Shown here: positions 37,097 to 49,442 of the stretch, one piece after another
Numbering within the stretch: position 1 is the first letter of the stretch
Layout: each line of letters starts with the position of its first letter
Source: Microbotryum violaceum
Lineage: Eukaryota
DNA length: 64,000 nt
NCBI GenBank assembly: GCA_001244265.2
Contig: LN717261.1
Location: 1,317,591 to 1,381,590, forward strand
Direction: 5' to 3'
The notes under the pieces: model-generated
The model's input: the letters and a program-made list of their open reading frames with translations, nothing else
The model's database searches: none
What the model was told of the DNA's origin: nothing
Program-made: the position numbers and the translations under genes

Positions 37097-40000
37097 TGTA
37101 AGGCCCGTGCGCCTGGGCCTTAGGAAGAGGGGACGCGTGCCTGGGCACTCTTAGTCTCTCTCCAGCGACTGATACGAGTGTCCAGGTGAGCACAAGGTGG
37201 ATCAGAAGGCATTGTCATACCTGCGACTGATACGAGTGTCCAGTGTCAATTCTACATACTTTGGTCCTGTGATCCTTGTCGTCGTCGCTCAGGTGTACAC
37301 TCCAACGGGGTGTATTACACTTTTTTTTCACACCGGTCAAAGACGCACACTGCCACGTGCGCCAGCGACACACCCACGGAACGAACAAACGACAACGAAC
37401 GGTAACAGACGAACATGGCGCGTGGCAAGAACTCCACCGCCCAACCAGCGCCACCATCGGCACCAGAGGAAAGGGAGGACAGCTCGGACGATGAACAGGA
37501 GGTTGCAACGATGCCAAGGGGCATGAAGCTCAGCACGCCCAAGCTTGCAAAGGGCACGAAACTCACTCTCTCCTCGATCCGCGCATTCCTCAACAACATG
37601 GACAACATGTTCTTCCAGTACCAAGTGAAGAACATGCGACTAAAAATAATGTTCATCGCCAACCACATTGAACACGAGGCGCTCAAGGATTGGCTGGTGA
37701 CGGCGACGGAGGAACGCACGTGGGACGAGCTTAAGGTCGCCTTCATCCGCAAGGCACTACCCTTGGATTTCGCCTTCACGACAGAGCAGCGTATTCGCCA
37801 CAGCCACCAAGGCAACCATGACTACGCGACGTGGGCTTCGGGACTTCGGGCCTCACAGCTGCAGCTCGGCCAGACCGCACTCAGCGACATCGAGTTCATC
37901 AAGATCCTACTGTTCAACATGGACCCTCAATTGAGCGTTGTTCTACGACAGAACGACCTTCTGTTGGGTACTGGCCTACACCAAGATGATTTAGACTACG
38001 TGGCGGCTTCAAAGGCGGCGCTCCCCAAGCTCAAGACATTATCTTACGAGGTGTTTGAGCGATTGGCAAGATCCCAATGGAATGTGATCATAGCGGTTCG
38101 TCCTGTAGCAACTCCCCGAACGCAAACCTCGACTACGAGCCCAAAGACCAGCTCTGGCCGACCTTTCGTGACCTCGGCGACCACTCGACGCAGGCCGACG
38201 AGACTCACGGACCCGATGAAGGATTATCTCTCGGAGAAGGAGGGATGCTTTAGCTGCAGACGCATCAACACGGATCACCGCGCGAGCGACTGTACAGCCA
38301 ACTGGCAGCAGGCACCGGATGTCCCGGAGGGGTGGGCCGAATTCGAAAAGAAGACGGCGAAAGCGGCTAAGAACGACACCCTCCATCAAATTGCGGAAAA
38401 CTCAGAAGACGACATCTCAACGGACGAAGAAAACGAGTACGCCCCTCAGTTCATCTCCACCATTCCCATCACTCTGCACAACAACACAAAGTCAAAGACG
38501 TTGCAGGCACTTGCTGACTCTGGGGCCTCTTCCTCCTTTATCGCAGATAAGGTGGTTGAGAAACTGGGGTTAGTCATGCATCGTCTCCCTGTTCCTACAT
38601 TGGTCAAAACTGCAATCAAAGGCCTAGCACGCGCGTTTCATGTTACCTCGTTTGTAAAGATTCCAATCACGCTCGAGAATGGCGCATGGGAAGCGGGACA
38701 CACGATTCTGAAGGTGGCTAAACTGCAGGAGCCCTTGGAAGTGGTACTGGGGTTCAACTTCCTTGTAAAGCACAAGGTTACCATCGACTTCGCGGCACAC
38801 AAGATCCTGGTGCCACATCCGACCATGCCTGATGTAAAGATTGACCTTCTTGCGCCGGTCTTCGGACCCCACCCCCAGCGAGCCGCGGCGAGGAATGCCA
38901 AACGAAGCGATAAAGCTCGGATCAACTGGCGTGCAGTGATTGCCTACATCGACGGGGTCCAGCAAAGGGAAGCGGAGTTGACGGAGTTGCGACGGCGGGA
39001 GGCAAAGCTACGGGTCGAGTTCGCGGATCGGTTCCCGGGGATATTCCTCCGGTTTCGACGTATGAATCACCGGTCCGACACCGAATCGAGCTGAAGGACG
39101 GAGCAACAAAACCGAACTTGAAGGGTTATCGAGCGGCACACCGTTACCGGGAAGCCTGGAAGCGCCTGATTGATCAGCACGTCGCCAATGGCCGCCTTCG
39201 AAAGTCGTCATCAGAGTTCGCGTCCCCGGCATTTGTCATCCCAAAGAAAGGTATGGATAAGGACCCGTCAATCCAACCACGCATGGTCTGTGACTACCGA
39301 GTACTCAACGAAGGGATGGTCCGAGATCGCACACCTCTACCACTTCCGGACAAGATTCTGTCGGTCTGCTCAAACGCGCGATTCTGGGGGAAGATCGACA
39401 TGACAAACTCCTTCTTCCAAACCAAGATGGCCGAGGATGACATCCGGAAGACGGCGATTGTGACACCGTGGGGATTGTACGAGTGGACGGTAATGCCAAT
39501 GGGACTCTGCAACGCCCCGGCAACGCATCAGCGCCGAGTCAACGAGGCACTCGGAGACCTTATCCGGAGCGTGTGTTTCGTGTACCTCGATGACATCACA
39601 ATCTTTGCCGACACCTTGGAGGAACATGAACGACGGGTGCGACTAGTCCTGGAGGCGCTGAGACGGGCGGATCTGTACGTATCGCCAAAGAAGACGGAAC
39701 TGTTTGCTGCCGAGTGCTTTTTCCTCGGCCACCAGATCACTCGGGAAGGCATCAAGGTCGATCCTGACAAGGTGGAGCGGATCCAACAGTGGCCGCGACC
39801 AAGGACGGTGAAGCAATTGCGGGGATTCCTAGGTCTGGTGCAGTATCTGCGGAAGTTCATCGACAAGCTTGCGGATTTGACGGCGGTTTTAGTCCCGCTG
39901 ACACGGAAAGGGGTGCATGTCGACGAAGGCTGGACGGGAGAGCACGACAAGGCGTTTGAGGCAATCAAGTCCTTGGTGGGCAACCTTCCTTCTCTACATC

Positions 40001-42199
40001 CCATTGACCATTCCAACAAGGGCGACCCATTATGGCTGATGACGGACGCGAGCAATCGGGGAATTGGGGCGGCACTCAGTCAAGGAAAGCAATGGCAGAC
40101 GGCCATGCTGGCAGGCTATTGGTCACGACAGTACAACCCAGCGGAAGGCAACTATGCAGCCCACGAGATGGAATTGCTTGCAATTGTGGACGCCCTTCAT
40201 CATTGGCGGGCGGACCTTTTGGGTGTTCGATTCAAGATCCTCACAGACCACCACTCCTTGGCGGGCTTCATGAAGCAACCAAGCCTTTCACGACAACAAG
40301 CTCGATGGACCGAACGACTGGCCGATTACGACTTCGAGATTGTATATGTACGAGGTCCAGAGAACACAGTGGCTGATGCATTGAGTCGTTACTCTTTCCC
40401 GGAGGAACCCACAGCCGGCCGCCAGGCGAGCGACAATGTCAACGTGCTGGCGGAGGCAACTCTCGATCCTGCCTTCCTTTGCAAATTCAGGGACGGTTAC
40501 CGCAAGGACCCGTAATGTCAACAAGCTATCAAGAACATTGACTCAACACCAGGCTACTCAGTCGACAAGGGAATCGCACGGTTCGAAGGACGGATCCTCC
40601 TGCCAAAGACGGGGAACTTTTGGGAGGACGCGCTACATGACGCGCATGATGCCGCAGGCCATTTTGGACTACACAAGACGTATGAACACCTACGCTGCAA
40701 CTTTATCTGGTCGGGAATGAAGGATGCATGCAAAGATTACGTTGAGTCCTGTGCTGCTTGTCAGACAATGAAGATGCATGGCACCGGTTTTGCCGGTCGG
40801 ATCCACAATTTGAATGTGCCTGACCGGCCAATGCGGGAAGTTGGCCTAGACTTTGTCGGGCCACTTGTACCTAGCAATGGTAATGACGCACTGCTTACGG
40901 TAACAGATTGCCTTTCAGGCTACGTTCGCCTCATCCCCTGCCGCACGACGGACAACGCGACTACCACGGCGGACCGGTTCTTTGAGGGGTGGCATCGACA
41001 CTTCGGCATGCCACGAGTGCTGGTCTCCGACCGCGACAAGCTCTTCACAAGCGAGTTCTGGCGAGCGTACATGGGCCAGCTGGGAACGAAACTGGCAACA
41101 TCGACGTCTTTCCACCCACAAACGGATGGCCAAAGCGAGCAAACAAATCGGACCGTGATCCAAGTCCTGCAAACAATGGTCAACCGACGGCAAAATGACT
41201 GGTCAAAGCACTTGGCTACGGTGGAGTTTGTGATCAACTCCAATATGAACAGGTCGACGGGGAAGACGCCATTTGAAGTGGTACTTGGGTTCACGCCGGA
41301 GCTGACACCGATCACCCCAGTGGAGGGCTCAACCACGTCACAGGCAGTCAAATCCATCGTGGAACAACGTGAAGCAGCGGTTGCGGAAGCCCGAGACAAT
41401 TTGGCAATTGCAAAGATCCGACAGGCCAACCAGAGCAACAAGGCGAGGAAACCGGAGCCCGGGTTTGCAGTTGGCGACATGGTCTTAGTCGACTCGCGGG
41501 ATCGACGACTGCGGTACAAGGCCGATGGGGAAGCACGGTCAGCCAAACTCTTTCCCCGGTTTGACGGCCCCTACGAAGTCCTAGCAGCACGACCCGAAAC
41601 CTCAAATTACAAGCTGAAGCTCAAGGCGGGGGACAAGTCGCACAACGTCTTCCACGCCTCCAAGCTCCGACGCTGGGTAAAGAACAATGGGGTGGTGTTC
41701 CCAGGACGAGAGGCAACGGAACCAGCGGCCATTATCGTCCAAGGAAACGAAGAGTGGGAGGTAGAACGGATTGTGGACGAAAAGGGGAAGGGGTCAAGGA
41801 AGAGGTTCTTGGTGAAATGGAAGGGGTGGGCAGACAGCGACAACACATGGGAGCCATGCTCACACCTGGAAGACACCGCAGCGTTGGAAGAGTGGGAGAG
41901 TGGGAAGGCGGGGGAGGACAAGGCAAGGAGGGGAGGGTGCAAGGAGGGAGGGGAGTTTGGTTTAGGTGGTGGAGAGTGTAAGGCCCGTGCGCCCGGGCCT
42001 TAGGAAGAGGGGACGCGCGCCTGGGCACTCTTAGTCTCTCTCCAGCGACTGATACGAGTGTCCAGGTGAGCACAAGGTGGATCAGAAGGCATTGTCATAC
42101 CAGCGACTGATACGAGTGTCCAGTGTCAATTCTACATACTTTGGTCCTGTGATCCTTGTCATCGTCGCTCAGGTGTACACTCCAACGGGGTGTATTACA
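37097..42199 (+). mobile_element. Ty3/Gypsy chromovirus, copy 2, with two 223-bp LTRs (37097-37319, 41977-42199)
   Basis: LTRs differ at about 4 positions; domains gag, PR, RT, RNase H, IN and chromodomain; PPT present. No TSD (GCGGG vs ACAAT). Confidence 0.97.
37415..42003 (+). pseudogene. Gypsy gag-pol with a frameshift at about 39040 and TAA at 40513-40515
   Basis: [22 protein letters not shown] / SDRD and [16 protein letters not shown] motifs across ORFs 37415, 39118 and 40717. Confidence 0.93.
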
Positions 42200-43497
42200 A
42201 CAATGTCCGATAGGACCAACTTGTCTCCAACGCAATGGACCTTAGCACCCGAGTCAATGATCCATGGAAAACGTGGCATCGTTCGCGAATAGGGGAAAGT
42301 GTAGGTCATCAATGCAGATTCATCTACACCAATGGCAGCTACGTTCGAATTTGAGTCCGAGGAAGCGGGAGCGCTCGCATCCTTGTTCCTGCTTGGACAG
42401 AGACGCCAACCACGCTCGTGTCCCAGTGCTTTGCAGCGCGAACAATACAACTTGGAGTAGTCCTTTTGCGCCGTGGTGGAAATACGGGCGACGAGGCTAG
42501 TATTGTCAACAATCCGAGCGGATAACAATTCCTTTTTTTTGTTTCGGGAATCAGCCATTTCAATGTTCATCAGGAGTTTCGGATAGAACGTGTTCCAATC
42601 CATGTGGATGTCGATGTCGGAGGCAAGGTTCCCAATGATCGAGTCATACTGGGCTGGGAGCGACCGAACAAGCATGCCTGCAAACAGCCAATGCGGAAGC
42701 GGAGCTCCAAGGTTCTGAAAATCGGTCATGGCGATCTTGACCTTGTTGACGAATTCATTAAAAGGAATATCCTCAAAGTAAGGTTGCGCTAGAGTGTTGA
42801 GGAGGTCCATAGTGCGACTCGGGCGACCGTGAGAGTGGAGACCACGGAGGGTGTCCCACATCTTGTACGCCGAGGTAAGATGAATCAAGTGAGAAATCTG
42901 TTCCTCAGAGATCGAATTGGCGATGTACTTGCATGCCAAATCGTTGCGGCGGATGGCCCGTTCGCGATATTCCGCAACCTTGTCCGCAACTTGAACGCTG
43001 GTGAGCCTGGGCGAGGCGTCCGCGTGCGCAGAACCAGAGCCCCCCCCCCCCCCCCCCCAAGCCCGCTAAAGTCGGAGGAGGCTGGTTCAACTGGCGCGAT
43101 GGACGCAGTTGCATGTGCGATAACGAGGGTGGACCGATAGTCCGCGACAAGGGAGTCGATGGATTGATTGACGACATCCCATACTTTGTTGGCTCGAAGA
43201 TTGATAAACGCACGTTGTGACCAGCTCTTGTACCCTTGTGTGTCCTTGAGATACAAGTGATTGCCCGACCCGTTGGGGAAGTCGGATTTGCCCGTTGAGC
43301 TCATAACCTGTTGCAACAAGGACTAGGAGGTACTCCACGACTCAGCTCCGAGATACACGAGTGAGATGATGAGAATAGCGTGGAGAAGGAACCCAGAAGG
43401 AAAAAAGACGCAAAGACAAAGATAGGCACGCGCGCAGAATAAAGTATTAACCAAGACTAATAGTAATGAATTAGGCTCTCAGACCCCACTTCTAACA
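42200..43497 (-). mobile_element. Copia family C 5' fragment (LTR 43309-43497, PBS, gag, protease)
   Basis: TG..CA LTR, PBS GGTTATGAGCTC, CSRCKALGH knuckle and WIIDSGA protease. Frameshift at the C run near 43040-43058. Confidence 0.9.
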
Positions 43498-43499
43498 CA

Positions 43500-46400
43500 G
43501 CTGACCAAACACTTTGCGTGCAATGAATTGCGCAACTCGCATTACATCGTTGATACCCGGTCCCTGCTTCAGCTTGTCACTGCGCCGTCCGTAAAGACCC
43601 AAAGCTTCGGCCCCCGAGTCCCCATTTTCACTCGAAGCTTGTCATGATGCGGCCGCGGACGAACCGCGCATTTGATCTCCCGTTGCGTTCATGAATAACC
43701 CCCGTGACTGTTGCATCTGCTTGTCCTGCTAATGCTTCATCAGTGCCGGTACAGTGATGGGATAAGAGAAGCGAGGAAAGCGCGAACACGCCATTTGCAA
43801 AGCAGCATCCGCACACACATCTGCATGGGTTACAGAGAAGTGGTCAGAGATTTTACATCGCAATCAACTCGTATTCCTTGGGCAGAGCATTACTGACAAC
43901 AATTCACTGCTTCATACGGTAGACAATGAGCCTTGCTTGCAACACGCTTGACCGTTTGGTTGAGCTGCTCCATGGCAAAGCACCAAGTCATGGCAGGTGG
44001 CCCATGCCATTCGATGAAATCGGCTATGTGTAATACCGCATGAACCGAGTGCGGCAGATTGATCAAGTGAACTGATTTCCCTGAGTAATATAATCTGAAG
44101 CCGAGGTAAACAAGGCAGATTAGGGTCAGATGACTGAGGTCCTTCAGGGAAGAGTGGCACCGTGAGGGCTTACGATTCAAACTCGGTACACCAGGAGGCT
44201 ATGTCACGTCGAAGAGCGCCATCCTTGGCTACATCCTCCTTGTTGATTTTCATAGCCATGCAATCTTTAACCCACCTCCGAAGCGCCAGGAAGTGGGCGA
44301 AATATTTGGCGGGCAGTCAATCATGAAGAACACAGGGGCCAACATAGAGAATCCAGTTCGACCAATCCTCTGCAGTCATTGCTCCAGTCTGTAGGTGGAT
44401 GTTGGGCATCTTTCGAGCGAATAGGCTGGGTATTGTCTTTGCGCCGTTGGTAATTTCCTGGCCAATGTCCTCCCATATTTTGTTTGGTATCACCCAGTCA
44501 GGTAAGTCGGTCCCAAGCGCTTCGTCTACTGCGGCCGCGGACGTCGTTGCTTCTGCACTAGCCGCCGATGTCACCTTTCCTTGCGCGGATCTGCCTCTCT
44601 GAGCTTGTGGCGCCTGGATCTTGTAACCCTTTGATTTCTGAGCCGCCAAGTCACCATGCCACATATTGAAGAGCTTTCGAGCGACGTTTTCGAAGACAGC
44701 GTGCATGAAGTCCGAAGGTCCGTCTTGATGAAGCGAAAATCCAGGAAGGTGCGCCGCCGAGCTCAGCTTGCTGAGGCCGAATGTAGGTTTTTTTTCCGAT
44801 GCCGCTTCGCGGATCGTTGCTTCCGAACGCATGGGAAGATCCAAAGCGGTCAGATCAGATCGGTTCGCATGCGATGAGTCGAGAGGCATCTTGAGGGGGT
44901 AGTATTGTGATTGTGGGCAGCAGCGCATGGAACCCCTTGAATGAGGCAGACTCGGCAAGGCCATTTGGCGGTTGGACCCTTGAAACCAAGCATCTTTGAG
45001 AGAGCAGGTCCGTCGCCTCCAATCACGTGTATGAACCATCGCTGTCGCACCATGGTCTGTCAATTCGGCAATGTGCATCAGTCTCCACGGGGCGGAGGAT
45101 ATGCAGGACTTAACTCGGCGACGCTATTACACACCTCTGTAACACCGTCAAAGACCATGTGTCCGTTTCTAGCCGATGCTCGAGCATCTTCGTATAGGGG
45201 AGGAAGAAATGAATCAATGTCTTTGGGGCCCTTGGGGCCGGGTATGATTCCGACGGTCATGAGATGCTTCTTCTTGTAACGTATCTCTGGCGGTAGGTTG
45301 TAATCGATCATCATGATTGGCCAGCATTCGCTCTGAGTCTTGTTGAATAGTTGAATGCCATCGGTGAACAGCCCGAACGCGACGTCGACATCGTTCTCAT
45401 AATACTTGATGTTGATTGTAGAGACGGTCGGTTGGGATGCACCTGCGATAGGTGGGTTCGTCCATGATACGTTCTGATCCAGCTTCTCGCGATAACGATC
45501 ACCGTCAAATAAGTCCACGACCTCTTGAGGATCTCAATTGCGCTCAAAGTCGGATCGATAACGCATCAAGGAGGCGTACACTCGATCGCGCAGGTAGATG
45601 TTTAAGTACACGTCGGGCGACAGGTACAGAAATGTATTTTGAGGATGGCCATTTTGATCCAGTTTCGGCGAATTGCATACTGGACAACGTGTCAATGCTT
45701 CTCTTGGCCCAGTGAAAGCAACACAGGTCTTGACGCAGCAGGGTATCCGAACAGGCTTCAAGCCTAAATCGACGAACTGTCAGCGAACACTGCGCTTTCA
45801 AGATCAAGAATGGAATGCAGCCCGACTACTTACCTGTCAATGCAAACACTTGAGCACATACTTTCTGCAAACTAGGCCGACTCCCAAGTACCTCCCAGAT
45901 TTTGCTCGCCTGGCGCGTCATGTTGTACATATGTCGAAAAGAAAAGTCATACAGTGTGTCCACGTCGTAGTACGGGAGAGCCTTGGCTGAAGGCAGTGGA
46001 GCAGAGGTTCACATCAGGGACGCAGCACTCGCCTACTCACTAGCAACATTTAATTTATGATATGAATCTCACCCAACTCGATCTCTTGGCGAACTTCCTC
46101 CTCTGCCACTGCGCGCTCCTGGGAGCTGGACAATCGGGATGTGGTGGGTGTGTTGTAGACACCATTGGCATCCAACCGTTGATCCGCTCCCCAAAGTTCC
46201 TCGACGACAAGCGGATCGTCATCGTCGAATGGGAGCGAGCTTGAACTGTAATTGTCGAGGGGCTGCAGGGCCGGGGATATCGTCTCCAAAGCGGAAGTCA
46301 TTTCAAACAGTTGTGTCTGGCGAAGTACGTCTTAGTCCGACTCCAGTGCATGGCCTTCGAAACTGTCCATTGACCCCCCGTCCAAGAAGCTCGCTCGAAA

Positions 46401-46776
46401 TCGTAATCGCCTTCAGGGATCTGGGGAAGCTTGGGGCTGATGTTCATACTGAATACTTCGCTCTCGTAGGGCAGCGATGGTGAGTTTGGTGCATCGGTGT
46501 GCGAAATATTACTCGAGACGCTGCCATAGGCTTGTGTGTCGTTTGAAAGCGCCGAGTCATTGAGCTGAGCGCCCATCGAAGAACCGACGAACGCCTTTCG
46601 CGACACGATTCGCTCTGCGGATTGGGTATATTTTTGCGGCGAGCGGGTTGCGAACCAACTGGGTGTAGGTCGTGGGGGCTGGAATAATTGAGACTGGGGA
46701 CCAGGCGGTGCTAGAAGCATCGATGGCTGCCGCGGTACCTCGAGAATGGCAGCCTCTTCGGTAGCGCGGGGTCCAT
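43500..46776 (-). pseudogene. CACTA/EnSpm Tnp2 (Transposase_21-type) transposase, fragmented
   Basis: CCVKTCVAFTG..CPVC, DLFDG, FTDGIQLF..CWPIMMIDYNLPPEIRY..IIPGPKGPKDIDSFL, GDGPALSK..GFKG..PCRVC, DFMH and HAVLHIADFIEWHGP..WCFAMEQ. Confidence 0.9.
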
Positions 46777-47068
46777 TAGGTTGTCAAGCGTGATGGCGGT
46801 AGAAGGTCGCTTTTGACACTGAAGCCCCTTTGCACCAGGAACAAGGGCATGGGCGAGAGGTTGTGTTCCCCGCCATGGCGGAGCGAACGAGCGGTGCACG
46901 TTTACCACCGTTGAGGGTCCGGAAAAAGACTTTGCAAAAATTGTGGCGCAGTCGGCGCAGTCGTGCAGTTTGCGCGCGCGTCTTCGTTTCTCTCTTTCCC
47001 TGCTTCCGCCCACGTGTTCAGTCCTTCTCCCACCCACCATTCATCCACTTCCACACGGGAGCGCCGCA

Positions 47069-49040
47069 ATGGCAGGATCTGCATCACAGAAGGACAAAGA
47101 GAACCAAAGACGGAATGGGAAGGGCACTGGTGAGCTCAGCATGCAGTACTTGTTCTGATTCAAGGATTTGCTTCGCCAGGTTCGGGCTCAGGTTTGGGCT
47201 CAAGCGCTCAGGCCTCAGGAGGCCTCAAGCTTGGGCCGAGTCTCGTTCGGGCTAAGTCAGCCACATTTTCGCTGACGTGTGCCGCATTGGTCCACTGCAG
47301 CCAGAAAATACATTGATGCCGACGGTATGTACGCACAAAAAGACAAGGGCAATATGGGCTTGCGTGATTATACTTGCAAGCGCGGGCAAATTGACAAAAT
47401 CTATTACAATTGGGTTCGCGTAAGTGCCGGCAAGTCCAGCGAGCAGAGCCCCACTACCGACTAGCTCTGACGTCCCTGTGTCACTCGTAACCTTCCTCGA
47501 CCCAGTTGGTGGTGCGGGACGCACTAGTAGTGGCAGGGATCAGGACACCTACCCCGGTCCAGCTGTATGGGCCGCTTGCGGAGATCAACCAGGAGTGGTC
47601 CCCAACCACAATGTTGTGAGAAATTAGTCAAGGGTCAGCGGTCCAGAGGGACTTGTGGCATTGGGAAGTTGGCGCGCGCATGGCGCGGCGCCGGATGGAG
47701 GCAGATGGCGGTGTGGCGTATTGATTGGACTCAGAGGTGGCTTGCACGCGGATACTATCTAAGGCTCTGGTCTCGTTCACTCTCTCCTTCTTCTTTAACA
47801 CACACTCGATATATATCTCGCCCATTTGCTACAGCAAATCTTCATTCATTCATTGGTACTCCAAGTCCAAATCCACAACACACGAGCGCCCAAGTTTCAG
47901 CCCTGTGTTTTTTTTTTTAGTTAGCTTTTTTCTCTTTTATTTTTACTCTTTATTTTTATTCCAGTTTTTTCCCCAGGCCAAGCTGGGCAAAGATAAAATA
48001 CTAAAAAACTGGAATAAAAATAAAAAAGGGGCGCACAACCTGCCCGAAAACTACGATCTCAAGGACGCCTTCAGACTCATCTCTGCCAAAACTAGCACAA
48101 ACACAGTCTTGTGGGGGAATCTCTCCCCTTTGAAGCAACGAGAAATCGTCAAGTATGTAAGTAACACGAAGCCCCCCCCCGGTTGTCACCTTGTTGTGCA
48201 CTCGCTTGCGTGCTGACCAATTACTCCTCCATTGGCACTTGGTCAGATTCGCGAACGGGCTGGTTTCCTTGCGGCCACATCCGGCGACTGGCTCTATGAA
48301 GAACTCGTCATCGATGTCTTGGCAAATATTCGGTCCGCCTGGAAATTAGCGTACAATCGCGAAGTGTGCCGGCTTGCGGGAATCAAAGGTCAGCTCTCCA
48401 AAGCAGACATAGCGACACTTCGCAGCAGGCATGGTGAAGGTCCCAGTCGGAAAGTTAGCCCCTTCTTCTCAACCAGATCAGACTGGATGGTATGCACTGA
48501 TGAGACCGTGATGACTCCTTCAGAGCCAAGACGGGGTCTATTCGGCTTCAGATACAGGCACAAGCGACCTCGAAGAGGAAGAAGTGCTGGCAACTAGGAA
48601 CAGGACCCTAGTGCCCAAGAAGCGAGGAGCGCGCCAAGGAGCAGGATCGCCACAATTGTTGCAGGAGACTCAACAAACAAGCCCCCACGTGGGTTCAAGC
48701 GGCCAACGTTCGACTCCTGCAGCCAGCGGTGTCAGAGGCCCGGGCCCGCCAAGAAACAAGAAGAAGACCGAACACAATCCTAACAGAAGCCAACAGACCA
48801 ACCCAAAGAGAGACCTTGGCAACGGTCGAGCTGAAGAAGAAGAAAACGAGGATCAGGGACAGGATGAAGAAGAAGTTGAGGAATTGGAACGGTCTCCAAG
48901 GACTTGAGGAAGCGGAGCACGTGCGGCAGCTGCGGATGATTTGTATGCCAACAATCCAAATTATCCGGCTACGGGTCAAAGATGGTAACGGAGGTAGACA
49001 CTTGCTAGATAAATACTACAACATCTGGCATGCAATATAA
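47069..49040 (+). pseudogene. Spliced accessory gene of the CACTA element, unknown function, probably disrupted
   Basis: Exon-like segments (LWGNLSPLKQREIVK | IRERAGFLAATSGDWLYEELVIDVLANIR) separated by GT-AG introns, with an acidic tail. Confidence 0.45.
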
Positions 49041-49442
49041 AATGGCTGCATTAACATTAGTAATATGAGCGCGAGTATTAGTAATTTATGATACAGACCC
49101 TAATGAGTAAGCTAATGCCAATTGAGCTCGCACTAGTATTTAATGATACAGAACCTAATGAGCAAGCTAATGTGAATTAAGCTCGATCACGCTCCCAAAA
49201 AGAGCCCCTATTGAGACTTTTTGGATGGTATTACCCATTAAAATTGGAAATACCTGAACCAAAGGGAATACCGTCTAATACCCATCTGAAGGGGTAATAT
49301 GCTTGGGTATTACCCCTTCAGATGGGTAATACCGCAGCCCAGGCAATACCCATTCAGATGGGTATTCCCCGCCAAAAACGTCGCTCAGTGGCGCGCCTGG
49401 TATCACTGACACATGAAACCCCCTCTGCGCCTTGCTGTTCAG

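Larger units (their letters stand above)
43498..49390 (-). mobile_element. CACTA/EnSpm (CMC) DNA transposon, truncated on the left by Copia C
   Basis: Tnp2-type transposase, a divergent second gene, subterminal repeats (TAATGAG..AGCTAATG and GGGTATTACCC) and a CACTGAG terminus at 49390. Assigning the terminus to this transposase is inference. Confidence 0.7.

Noticed and set aside
39030-39120. Programmed gag/pol frameshift in Gypsy copy 2
   Set aside because: The shift lies after the protease in a G run, and the element has another nonsense codon. A 1-nt deletion or sequencing error is more likely.
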